Source: Candidatus Omnitrophota bacterium (GTDB lineage: Bacteria > Omnitrophota > Gorgyraeia > Gygaellales > Profunditerraquicolaceae). From it: 64,000 bases of DNA. Positions 56,355-64,000 of this stretch are shown here, piece by piece. Positions within the stretch are counted from its first letter, which is position 1. The number at the start of each line of letters is the position of its first letter. Under the pieces are notes generated by a model, which was not told the DNA's origin, did not search any database, and was given only the letters and a program-made list of their open reading frames with translations. The translations under genes were made by a program, and so were the position numbers. The stretch spans positions 10,731 to 74,730 of the forward strand of contig JBAZKK010000002.1 of assembly GCA_041650795.1 (NCBI GenBank), written 5' to 3'.

Positions 56355-57587
56355 ATGAGCAAGGAACTATTGGCGATTATCGAACAGATAGAGAGGGAAA
56401 AAGGGATTAAGAAAGAGGTCCTGGTTTCGGCAGTAGAGAGCGCGCTTCTGAGCGCTGCGCGCAAGGTGGTGGATGCTGTGGATGAGGATGAGCTTAAGGT
56501 AGTGTTAGACCAAGAGACAGGGGACGTCAGGGCATATAAGAACAATAAAGAGATTACCTCTATAGATTTCGGTCGTATCGCAGCCTCTACCGCCAGGCAG
56601 GTGATTATCCAGAAGATACGCGAGGCGGAAAAGGAGGTAGTCTTTAGTGAATTCCAAGGAAAGGTAGGCGAGATCGTATCCGGCACGGTCTATCGTTTCG
56701 AGAAAGGCAACATCGTAGTCGATCTCCTCGGAAAGGCCGAAGGGCTCCTGCCGAAACGGGAGCAGTCTGCGCGCGAGGACTTCAGGCAGGGGCAGCGTAT
56801 CCGGGCATTTGTGCTGGATGTCAAAAAGGATGCCCGGGGAGCGCAGATTATACTTTCGCGCACCCACCCCAATCTGGTCAAGGAGTTATTTGAGCTGGAA
56901 GTCCCCGAGATCTACGACGGGGTAGTAGAGATAAAGGCCATTTCGCGCGAGGCGGGAGAGCGCACCAAGATTGCAGTCTGGTCCAAGAACGAAAAGGTGG
57001 ATTCGGTAGGGGCCTGCGTCGGGATGCGCGGGAACCGTGTCAGGAACATCGTCAACGAGCTAAACGGAGAGAAGATAGACATCGTACGTTACAATGAAGA
57101 TATCCGCGAGTACATTAAGGCTGCGCTTGCGCCAGCCAAGATAAACGAGATAAAGCTTGATAAGGATAATATGAAGGCCGAGGTCGTCGTGGATGATGAC
57201 CAGCTTTCCCTGGCGATAGGCAAGCACGGCCAGAACGTGCGCCTGGCTTCCCGCCTGGTAGGCTGGGAGCTGGATATACGCACCAAGGAGATGCTCGCCA
57301 GGGCAGCGATGGAGGCCATCGGCCGGGAAAAAACGCCTGACGCCGGCGAGCCCAAAGAAGCAGGAGAAAAGACAGGCGAGGGATTAGAGGATTTAAGCGG
57401 AGTGGGAGAGAAGACCGTAGCTAAGCTTGAGGCAGCAGGGTTTAAGACGATCGGCGATATCTCAAAGGCCGGCCCCGAAGACTTGATGCAGGTGGAAGGC
57501 ATCGGAGAGAAAAAGGCTAAAAAGTTGATTGCCGAAGCCAAGAAATTGGGGCATAATAAGAAGCCAAATGCTAAAACCAAAGACTAA
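56355..57587 (+). CDS. nusA: Transcription termination/antitermination factor NusA
   Basis: S1 region GEIVSGTVYRFEKGNIVVDL, KH regions GACVGMRGNRV and AIGKHGQNVRLAS, and a C-terminal HhH LSGVGEKTVAKL. Confidence 0.9.
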   Translation: MSKELLAIIEQIEREKGIKKEVLVSAVESALLSAARKVVDAVDEDELKVVLDQETGDVRAYKNNKEITSIDFGRIAASTARQVIIQKIREAEKEVVFSEFQGKVGEIVSGTVYRFEKGNIVVDLLGKAEGLLPKREQSAREDFRQGQRIRAFVLDVKKDARGAQIILSRTHPNLVKELFELEVPEIYDGVVEIKAISREAGERTKIAVWSKNEKVDSVGACVGMRGNRVRNIVNELNGEKIDIVRYNEDIREYIKAALAPAKINEIKLDKDNMKAEVVVDDDQLSLAIGKHGQNVRLASRLVGWELDIRTKEMLARAAMEAIGREKTPDAGEPKEAGEKTGEGLEDLSGVGEKTVAKLEAAGFKTIGDISKAGPEDLMQVEGIGEKKAKKLIAEAKKLGHNKKPNAKTKD

Positions 57588-59688
57588 AAAGGAAAAAGAG
57601 GGTACCGGCGCCAAAAAAAAGGTCGCCAAGAGCGCGCATAAGCCCGCGGCCAAGGCGGCAAGGAAGCCGCAGGTCAAGGCCCCTAAGGCGGCCCGTCCTA
57701 AAAAGGATGTTTCTCATCACCGGCCAGCCGAGAAACCAGAGGCAGTGCTTCAGCATAAAGAAAAGATAACTCAGGCGCCCCCGAAGAAAGAGCCTTCCGT
57801 TATCGTCCAAGAGGCCCCGGCAATAAAGCCGCCGCAGAAAGAGCGCCACGCCCTTCCCGTGTCTGCAGTTGAACCTGTCGTATCAAAGGTTGTTCCTAAG
57901 CCCGAACCCGCGGTTGCCGCTCCGAAACCCGAATTCAAGGAGATAGAATTAAAGCTCCCCGTCAGCATTAAGGACCTGGCGATAAAGTTACAAGAGAAGT
58001 CCTCGGTGCTGCTGAAGGTTCTTTTAGACAAGGGGATTATGTCCGGCATTAATCAAAATCTTGATAATGCCGTGGCAGAAGAGATCTGCGCTAAATTCGG
58101 TTTTAAGATTATCAGCGCCCCAGACGAAGAGGAGCTGGCCCTGCGCGTCCACAAGGAGCCCGACAGCAAAGATGATTTAAGGCCGCGTTCCCCAATAGTT
58201 ACTTTTATGGGACATGTTGACCACGGCAAAACATCGCTGTTGGATGCCATCCGCAAGACCAAGGTTGCAGATTCCGAACACGGTGGCATTACCCAGCATA
58301 TCGGGGCCTACCGGGTTTCGCTGGAGCGCGGGGATATCACATTTCTTGATACCCCCGGCCATGAAGCGTTCACCGCTATGCGCGCGCGGGGCGCAAGCCT
58401 TACCGATATCGTGGTGCTGGTGGTGGCGGCGGACGACGGCATTATGCCTCAGACTAGAGAGGCCATCGACCACAGCCGGGCTGCCGGGGTTTCGATAATC
58501 GTCGCTATCAATAAAATTGATAAGCCCCAGGCTGACGTTGACCGCGTTAAGAAGCAGTTGGGTGAATTAAACCTCCTGGCTGAAGACTGGGGAGGAAAGA
58601 CTATCACCGTCCCGGTATCGGCCAAAACCGGCGAAGGCATTGATAATCTCCTGGAGATGATCATACTGGAATCGCAGATGCTGGAATTAAAAGCTAATCC
58701 CGCGAGACTTGCGCGGGGGGTAGTAGTAGAGGCGAGGATCAGCAAGGGCAAAGGCCCTGTAGCAACGCTTCTGGTAGAGAACGGCACGCTGCATCTTAAC
58801 GATACGATAATCGTGGGCAATGACTACGGGAAGATCCGCGCCATGTTTAATTACCGCGGCCAGCACGTTAATTCCGCGGGGCCTGCAGAACCGGTAGAGG
58901 TCTTGGGGATATCGGGGGTGCCGCAGTCCGGGGAGCAGTTCTTTGTGATGGAAGACGAGAAGGTATGCCGCGATATATCCGCCAAGAGGCAGGAGCAGGA
59001 AAAACAGCAACAGGTTAAGACCGTCAAGAGGATAAGCCTGGAAGACCTGCATTCTCAGATAAAGGAGGGTAAGCTCAAGGAGCTTAAGCTTATCCTTAAG
59101 GCCGATGTCAACGGTTCCCTCGAAGCGATCAAAGATACCCTCGGCAAACTAGATACCCCGGAGATAAAGATGGAGGTTATCCACGAAGCTACGGGTAATA
59201 TCAATTCTTCCGATGTAATATTGGCGGTAGCTTCCAATGCGCTGATCCTGGGCTTTAATGTCAACGCCGACGAACGGGCAAGGGAGGCGATTGAAAAGGA
59301 AGGCGTTGACGTGCGCACCTACAATATCATCTATGAGCTTACCAACGATATCAAGGCAGCGCTGGAGGGTATGCTGGAGCCTAAGATCAAAAAGGTTTTT
59401 ATGGGTAAGGTTGAGATACGCAAGGTATTCAAGCTTTCGCGTTCCGGTTCCATCGCAGGTTGTTTTGTAACCAAGGGCAGGATTAGCCGCAGCGCCCAGG
59501 TGACCCTGACCAGAAACGGGGAGGCAGTCTTTGATGGCAAGATTTCATCCCTGAAGCGTTTTAAGGACGATGTCCGCGAGGTTACAGAGGGTTTTGAATG
59601 CGGCATCGCTATCGGAGGCTTTGAAGATTATCAGGCGGGAGATGTCATTGAGGCCTATGAAATAGAGAAGATCGCCAGAAAACTATGA
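57568..59688 (+). CDS. infB: Translation initiation factor IF-2
   Basis: Lys/Pro/Ala-rich N-terminus, then G domain [17 protein letters not shown] and NKID. ATG 57568 is chosen; it overlaps the nusA end by 20 nt. Confidence 0.85.
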   Translation: MLKPKTKKEKEGTGAKKKVAKSAHKPAAKAARKPQVKAPKAARPKKDVSHHRPAEKPEAVLQHKEKITQAPPKKEPSVIVQEAPAIKPPQKERHALPVSAVEPVVSKVVPKPEPAVAAPKPEFKEIELKLPVSIKDLAIKLQEKSSVLLKVLLDKGIMSGINQNLDNAVAEEICAKFGFKIISAPDEEELALRVHKEPDSKDDLRPRSPIVTFMGHVDHGKTSLLDAIRKTKVADSEHGGITQHIGAYRVSLERGDITFLDTPGHEAFTAMRARGASLTDIVVLVVAADDGIMPQTREAIDHSRAAGVSIIVAINKIDKPQADVDRVKKQLGELNLLAEDWGGKTITVPVSAKTGEGIDNLLEMIILESQMLELKANPARLARGVVVEARISKGKGPVATLLVENGTLHLNDTIIVGNDYGKIRAMFNYRGQHVNSAGPAEPVEVLGISGVPQSGEQFFVMEDEKVCRDISAKRQEQEKQQQVKTVKRISLEDLHSQIKEGKLKELKLILKADVNGSLEAIKDTLGKLDTPEIKMEVIHEATGNINSSDVILAVASNALILGFNVNADERAREAIEKEGVDVRTYNIIYELTNDIKAALEGMLEPKIKKVFMGKVEIRKVFKLSRSGSIAGCFVTKGRISRSAQVTLTRNGEAVFDGKISSLKRFKDDVREVTEGFECGIAIGGFEDYQAGDVIEAYEIEKIARKL

Positions 59689-60665
59689 AGAAGCGCATCT
59701 TGAGCGGCATGCGGCCCACCGGTAAACTCCACCTGGGGCATTTGGTAGGAGCACTTGAGAACTGGGTTAAACTCCAGGAGCAATACGAGTGCTTCTTTAT
59801 GGTTGCAGACTGGCATGCCCTGATGGGCGAGTATGAGAATCCCGCCGGCCTGCGGGAATACGCCATTGATAATGTAGTCGATTGGCTCAGCGCCGGCATC
59901 AGCCCTAAGAACTCCACCCTCTTTGTGCAATCCAGCGTTCCAGGGCACCTGGAGCTGGCGATGATATTTTCCTGTTTTGTGCCGTTGGGATGGCTGGAGC
60001 GCTGCCCTACCTATAAGGAACAATTACGCGAGGTGAAAACCCGCGATTTACACACTTACGGATTTTTAGGTTACCCGGTGTTGCAGGCCGCCGACATCCT
60101 GCTTTATAAGGCGGATGCCGTACCGGTAGGCGAGGACCAGTTGCCACATCTGGAGCTTACGCGCCAGATCGGCCGGCGTTTTAACGGCCTTTACCAGAAG
60201 GATTTCTTCCCGGAACCCAAGGCTATCCTCACAACGATGCCGCGCCTCTTGGGAATAGACGGCAGGAAGATGAGCAAGAGCTATGATAATGCCATAAACC
60301 TTTCAGATTCCGCGGAGGTTATCGCCAAGAAGGTCGCAGCCATGTTTACCGACCCCAAGCGGATAAAATTCAGCGATAAAGGCCATCCCGACACCTGCAA
60401 TGTTTTCTCATATTACCAGATGTTTTCCCCTTTGATGTTGGATGATGTACGCGATTGGTGCATGCACGCCAAGGTAGGCTGCACTGAGTGCAAAAAGAGG
60501 TTATCTCTGGCATTGATTGAGAGGTTAGAGCCTTTCCATAAGAATAGGCAGGAGCTTCTTGAAGATAAGGCGATGATTGTTAAGATCCTGGAGGAGGGGG
60601 GCAGGCGCGCCGCTGATTTTGCCTCCAGAACCATCAGGGAAGCCCGTCAGGCAATGAAGATATGA
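59685..60665 (+). CDS. trpS: Tryptophanyl-tRNA synthetase
   Basis: SGMRPTGKLHLGH (HIGH-type motif) and KMSKS. ATGA overlap with infB. Confidence 0.9.
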   Translation: MKKRILSGMRPTGKLHLGHLVGALENWVKLQEQYECFFMVADWHALMGEYENPAGLREYAIDNVVDWLSAGISPKNSTLFVQSSVPGHLELAMIFSCFVPLGWLERCPTYKEQLREVKTRDLHTYGFLGYPVLQAADILLYKADAVPVGEDQLPHLELTRQIGRRFNGLYQKDFFPEPKAILTTMPRLLGIDGRKMSKSYDNAINLSDSAEVIAKKVAAMFTDPKRIKFSDKGHPDTCNVFSYYQMFSPLMLDDVRDWCMHAKVGCTECKKRLSLALIERLEPFHKNRQELLEDKAMIVKILEEGGRRAADFASRTIREARQAMKI

Positions 60666-61423
60666 GCTATAAGGTAAGGTTAGAGATATTCGAAGGGCCG
60701 CTGGACCTTTTGCTTTACCTGGTTAAAAAAGACCACCTCAATATCTACGATATCCCGATTGCCCAGATTAGCGAGCAGTATCTTAAATATCTGGAGTTGA
60801 TGCGGATGTTGGACCTCAATATCGCCGGAGAATTCCTGGTGATGGCCGCTACCCTTATGCAGATTAAGTCCAAGATGCTCCTTCCGGCTGAAGAGACACA
60901 GCCTGCCGAAGAAGAGGAGGATCCGCGCGCAGAGCTCGTGCGCCGGCTCCTGGAATACGAAAAATACAAAGAGGTCGCAGAGTCTTTAAGGCAGCGCGAG
61001 GCAGCCCAGCAGGATGTCTTTAAGCGCCCCCGCTCCGAGCTGAATAAGGTTGAAACAACCGCGGGGGGTGAGGTTTATTTCGAGGCAAGCATCTTTGACC
61101 TTATCAATGCCTTTACCAAGGCGTTGGACGAGGTTCCCAAGGAATTATTCTACCAGGTCATCAAGGACGAATTTACCATCGAGGGAAAGGTGCACGAGAT
61201 GCTGCACCTGATGATGGTAGAATCGCACAAGCGCGTAGCGGAGTTATTCGTCAAGTGCAATGGCAAGATAGAGATTATTGTGACATTTCTGGCAATCCTG
61301 GAGTTGATACGGCTCAAAGAGATCGTTATTATACAGAAGGGGTTGTTCGGAGAAATCGAAATCATGCGCAACGACGAAAACATCATTCCCTATGACCAAA
61401 GAAACAAGGCAGAAATTAATTAA
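60662..61423 (+). CDS. scpA: Segregation and condensation protein A
   Basis: FEGPLDLLLYLVKKDHLNIYDIPIAQISEQYL, and a C-terminal winged-helix region VTFLAILELIR. Confidence 0.85.
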   Translation: MSYKVRLEIFEGPLDLLLYLVKKDHLNIYDIPIAQISEQYLKYLELMRMLDLNIAGEFLVMAATLMQIKSKMLLPAEETQPAEEEEDPRAELVRRLLEYEKYKEVAESLRQREAAQQDVFKRPRSELNKVETTAGGEVYFEASIFDLINAFTKALDEVPKELFYQVIKDEFTIEGKVHEMLHLMMVESHKRVAELFVKCNGKIEIIVTFLAILELIRLKEIVIIQKGLFGEIEIMRNDENIIPYDQRNKAEIN

Positions 61424-62465
61424 GGGTACTCCGGAGGCGCCCCGGCACAACGAACTCGTCGCGGCGGAGCGCGAATCCGAAGAAGACGTCATACTCAATA
61501 TATCTCTGAGGCCGGAACGCCTCTCTAATTTCGTAGGACAGAAGGAGACGGTCGAAAACCTCAAGGTCTGCCTTACTGCCGCCAAGCAGCGCAAGGAGCC
61601 TCTGGAGCACATTCTTTTTTCCGGTCCTCCTGGATTAGGCAAGACCTCCCTTGCGCATGTTATTGCCCATGAGATGAACACCAAGATTACCGCTACCTCG
61701 GGCCCTGCGATTGAGCGGGCAGGCGATCTTATCGGCATACTCACGAATCTGGAGAAAGGGGATATCCTTTTTATAGATGAGATTCACCGTTTATCAAAGG
61801 TAGTGGAGGAGTTCCTCTACCCTGCGATGGAGACCTTTCAGATTGATTTTGTCATCGACAAAGGGCCCTATGCCAAGACCATCAAATTTAATCTCAAGCC
61901 CTTTACCCTGGTAGGCGCCACCACCAGGTCCGGGCTGTTATCCTCTCCGCTGCGCGGAAGGTTCGGTATATTCTACCACCTGGATTTTTATCCGGTAGAG
62001 GACCTCGCAAGGATAATCAAGCATTCCGCCAAGATTATAGCCATGGACATAGACGAGGAAGCGGCGGAAGAGATTGCGCGCCGCAGCCGCGGGACGCCCC
62101 GCATTGCCAACCGCCTTCTGCGCCGGGTGAGGGATTATGCCCAGGTGTTGAAAATAGGAAAGATTAACCTTGAGATTGTCTGCCGCACCCTGGATGACCT
62201 GGGGATTGACAGGGCCGGGTTAGACGACATTGACCGTAAGGTTCTGCGGGTAATGCTGGAGTCTTACGGGGGGGGGCCGGTCGGCGTGGAGGCCCTGGCA
62301 GCCAGCCTTAACGAAGAGGTCGACACCATCGTGGATACTGTCGAGCCGTATCTGCTGAAGGTCGGGTATTTGAAGCGGACGCCGCGGGGAAGGGTTGCCA
62401 CCAGAGTTGCCTTCGAACACTTCGGGAAAAAATACGAAAACCAGCAGGAACTCTTCGATAAATAA
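61392..62465 (+). CDS. ruvB: Holliday junction branch migration helicase RuvB
   Basis: LRPERLSNFVGQ, GPPGLGKTSLA, IDEIHRL and GTPRIANRLLRRVRD. Confidence 0.9.
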   Translation: MTKETRQKLIKGTPEAPRHNELVAAERESEEDVILNISLRPERLSNFVGQKETVENLKVCLTAAKQRKEPLEHILFSGPPGLGKTSLAHVIAHEMNTKITATSGPAIERAGDLIGILTNLEKGDILFIDEIHRLSKVVEEFLYPAMETFQIDFVIDKGPYAKTIKFNLKPFTLVGATTRSGLLSSPLRGRFGIFYHLDFYPVEDLARIIKHSAKIIAMDIDEEAAEEIARRSRGTPRIANRLLRRVRDYAQVLKIGKINLEIVCRTLDDLGIDRAGLDDIDRKVLRVMLESYGGGPVGVEALAASLNEEVDTIVDTVEPYLLKVGYLKRTPRGRVATRVAFEHFGKKYENQQELFDK

Positions 62466-62494
62466 CCATAACCAGAAACGTTTTCCTAGCCAAA

Positions 62495-62534
62495 GCTAAA
62501 ACACTTTCCAGCACAATCGGGAAAGTGTTTTAGC
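62495..62534. repeat. Repeat family 2 element: perfect 15-bp-stem hairpin, possibly a terminator
   Basis: GCTAAAACACTTTCC (62495-62509) pairs with GGAAAGTGTTTTAGC (62520-62534) around a 10-nt loop. A degenerate third arm GAAACGTTTTCC lies at 62475-62486. It shares the core AAACACTTTCC with the element at 30530. Confidence 0.7.
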
Positions 62535-62549
62535 ATTTCTCGCTGGATT

Positions 62550-63092
62550 ATGAAATTACTATTGCATGTCTGCTGCGCGCCGTGCCTGATATATCCGTTG
62601 GAGAAGCTTAGGGAAGGGGGTTTTGAGGTTACCGGATTTTTCTATAACCCCAATATTCATCCCTTTGCGGAATACCGGAGCCGCAGGCAGGCAGTGGAGG
62701 GCTACGCCAAGGATATAGGCGTTGAGGTCTGGTACCCAGAATATCAACCGGAGGAATTCTTCCGGTTGGTGAATTTAAAAGAGGCCAATCCGGGAAGATG
62801 CAGGATATGCTGGAGGCTGCGGCTGGGTGAGACTGCAAAGACAGCCGAGGAGAAAGGCTTTAGCCATTTTTCAACCACCTTGCTTGTCAGCCCTTATCAG
62901 GATCAGGAGCCACTGAAGAAGATCGGCAGCGAAGCGACAGGGGAATCCGCAGTAGAGTTTTACTACGAGGATTTTCGCCAGGGGTTTCGCAAGGCGCACG
63001 ATGAAGCGCGCGCTAAAGGCATTTACTGCCAGAAATACTGCGGTTGTATTTATTCGGAGATGGAACGATGCAGGAAGTCGGCAAAACCTTAA
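62550..63092 (+). CDS. queH: Epoxyqueuosine reductase QueH (DUF208)
   Basis: LLLHVCCAPCLIYPLEKL, FFYNPNIHP and CRICWRLRL. Confidence 0.85.
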   Translation: MKLLLHVCCAPCLIYPLEKLREGGFEVTGFFYNPNIHPFAEYRSRRQAVEGYAKDIGVEVWYPEYQPEEFFRLVNLKEANPGRCRICWRLRLGETAKTAEEKGFSHFSTTLLVSPYQDQEPLKKIGSEATGESAVEFYYEDFRQGFRKAHDEARAKGIYCQKYCGCIYSEMERCRKSAKP

Positions 63093-63283
63093 TTATTTTC
63101 GGTGTTATCATATTAGGCCTCGGTTTGCTTTTGACATTTATGAATAAGGTTCCTTTTCTGGGAAAGCTGCCGGGGGATGTATATATCCACAGAAAAAATT
63201 TTACTTTTTATTTTCCGATCGCTACTTCGATATTAATAAGCATCGTGCTTTCGCTGATATTTTGGTTATGGTCAAAGCGATAA
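63068..63283 (+). CDS. DUF2905 small membrane protein
   Basis: GKLPGDVYIHRKNFTFYFPIATSILISIVLSLIFW is the DUF2905 signature. ATG 63068 is preferred over the ORF-track start at 63044. Confidence 0.75.
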   Translation: MQEVGKTLIIFGVIILGLGLLLTFMNKVPFLGKLPGDVYIHRKNFTFYFPIATSILISIVLSLIFWLWSKR

Positions 63284-64000
63284 GGTTAATCATAGTGTTG
63301 TCTATGTTTACTGCATGGAACGCTTGCAGAGCTGAGACATCGCGCCAGGTAAGGGTGGCGATTCTCAAGGATGTCAGCTCCTTCAGGCTCAAGGTCAGGG
63401 GATCTTACGAGGTTATTGAGCCCCGCGGCGGCAAGGTTTTGTCAAAGGGCAGAAACATCAGGACTACGGTTACGGTTTATAAGGACGGGATACTCCTGGC
63501 AGGGGGAGGCTCTGGGGCAGACAGGATCCTGATTAAGGGCAATGACCCGGAGGCCTTTCTTATTAATGACCGAAGTTTCCGGGGCGATATCGAGATTATC
63601 AAGGATGCCTCCGGTCATCTCATGGTAGTTAATTACATCGGTCTGGAGGATTATGTTAAAGGTATCCTTTATCATGAGGCCTCGCATTACTGGCCCGAGG
63701 ATGCGCTTAAGGCTCAGGCAGTGGCATGCCGCACCTATGCTATTTACCAGATGCAGGAGAATGCTGGCTCAGTTTATGACCTTACCAGCGATATATATTC
63801 TCAGGTTTACGGCGGCAAGGTCTCGGAACGATACCGCACCAACAGGGCAGTTGACGATACAAAAGGGGAGACGCTTTTTTATAAAGGAAAGATCTTTCCT
63901 GCCTATTACCACGCTACCTGCGCCGGGCACACCGAGGACGCCTCGGAGCTCTGGAAGATTAATCTTGTGCCTTTAAAAGGCGTGGTCTGCGGTTATTGCA
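63268..64000 (+). CDS. SpoIID/LytB domain protein (3' end outside the window)
   Basis: Not in the ORF track because the frame stays open to the window edge. My own translation from ATG 63268 gives MVKAIRLIIVLSMFTAWNACRAE..., then LEDYVKGILYHEASHYWPEDALKAQAVACRTYA and YYHATCAGHTEDASELW. Confidence 0.8.
   Translation, partial: MVKAIRLIIVLSMFTAWNACRAETSRQVRVAILKDVSSFRLKVRGSYEVIEPRGGKVLSKGRNIRTTVTVYKDGILLAGGGSGADRILIKGNDPEAFLINDRSFRGDIEIIKDASGHLMVVNYIGLEDYVKGILYHEASHYWPEDALKAQAVACRTYAIYQMQENAGSVYDLTSDIYSQVYGGKVSERYRTNRAVDDTKGETLFYKGKIFPAYYHATCAGHTEDASELWKINLVPLKGVVCGYC

Noticed and set aside
62466-62549. preQ1 riboswitch upstream of queH
   Set aside because: The hairpin is a long perfect 15-bp stem without the small stem-loop plus A-rich tail of preQ1 class I. 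queH is also not one of the genes usually controlled by preQ1 riboswitches. It fits a terminator or repeat element better.

Overview
This 64-kb window is a compact chromosomal segment of an LPS-producing (diderm) bacterium. I support 64 protein-coding genes (two run off the window ends), and all but one are on the + strand. Many are joined by 4-nt ATGA start/stop overlaps. I recognised no rRNA, tRNA, CRISPR array, transposase or prophage gene.

Gene content, in order:
- nrdR and nucleic-acid housekeeping genes (BFN nuclease, CCA enzyme, nth, dut/dcd-like).
- A roughly 7-kb accessory-looking patch (3.85-11.05 kb).
- aroC-spoVG-aroK-dprA-topA-xer.
- A large lipid A / LPS-core block: waaA, an OMP, lpxK, an LpxL-ELM1 fusion, GT4 and GT9 glycosyltransferases (several fused), a CE4 deacetylase and an arfB-like gene.
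- An operon of a DHS-like protein, heptose kinase, kdsB-kdsA-kdsD-kdsC, an LptC/A-like gene and lptB.
- tig-clpP, serine-pathway genes and purA.
- An OmpA-like plus coiled-coil lipoprotein pair.
- DUF4912 with a GH57 branching enzyme.
- uppS-cdsA-dxr-rseP-ispG-proS, then rimP-nusA-infB-trpS-scpA-ruvB, then queH, DUF2905 and a SpoIID-like gene.

Most of the window is ordinary core genome, and I cannot point to a clearly novel multi-gene system with confidence.

The best candidate for something unusual is the 3.85-11.05 kb patch. It is bracketed and bisected by three copies of a palindromic intergenic repeat (GGGACGGTTCT...AGAACCGTCCC). It contains a Macro-NUDIX fusion and an exported, AT-richer HEAT + CHAP-like + Amidase_2 double peptidoglycan hydrolase. 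It also contains the only reverse-strand gene (a compact Ski2/HelY-like helicase) and a DUF3786 plus membrane-anchored SNase pair.

Other points worth a second look:
- A second shared hairpin-repeat family (core AAACACTTTCC).
- A run of domain fusions in the LPS genes.
- A deoxyhypusine-synthase-like protein heading the heptose/Kdo operon.
- A trigger factor lacking its PPIase domain.
- A ProRS whose editing (INS) domain is replaced by a four-Cys mini-insert.
- A secreted metallophosphatase-fold protein with degenerate catalytic motifs.

All functional calls are motif-level readings of the translated ORFs, made without database searches.
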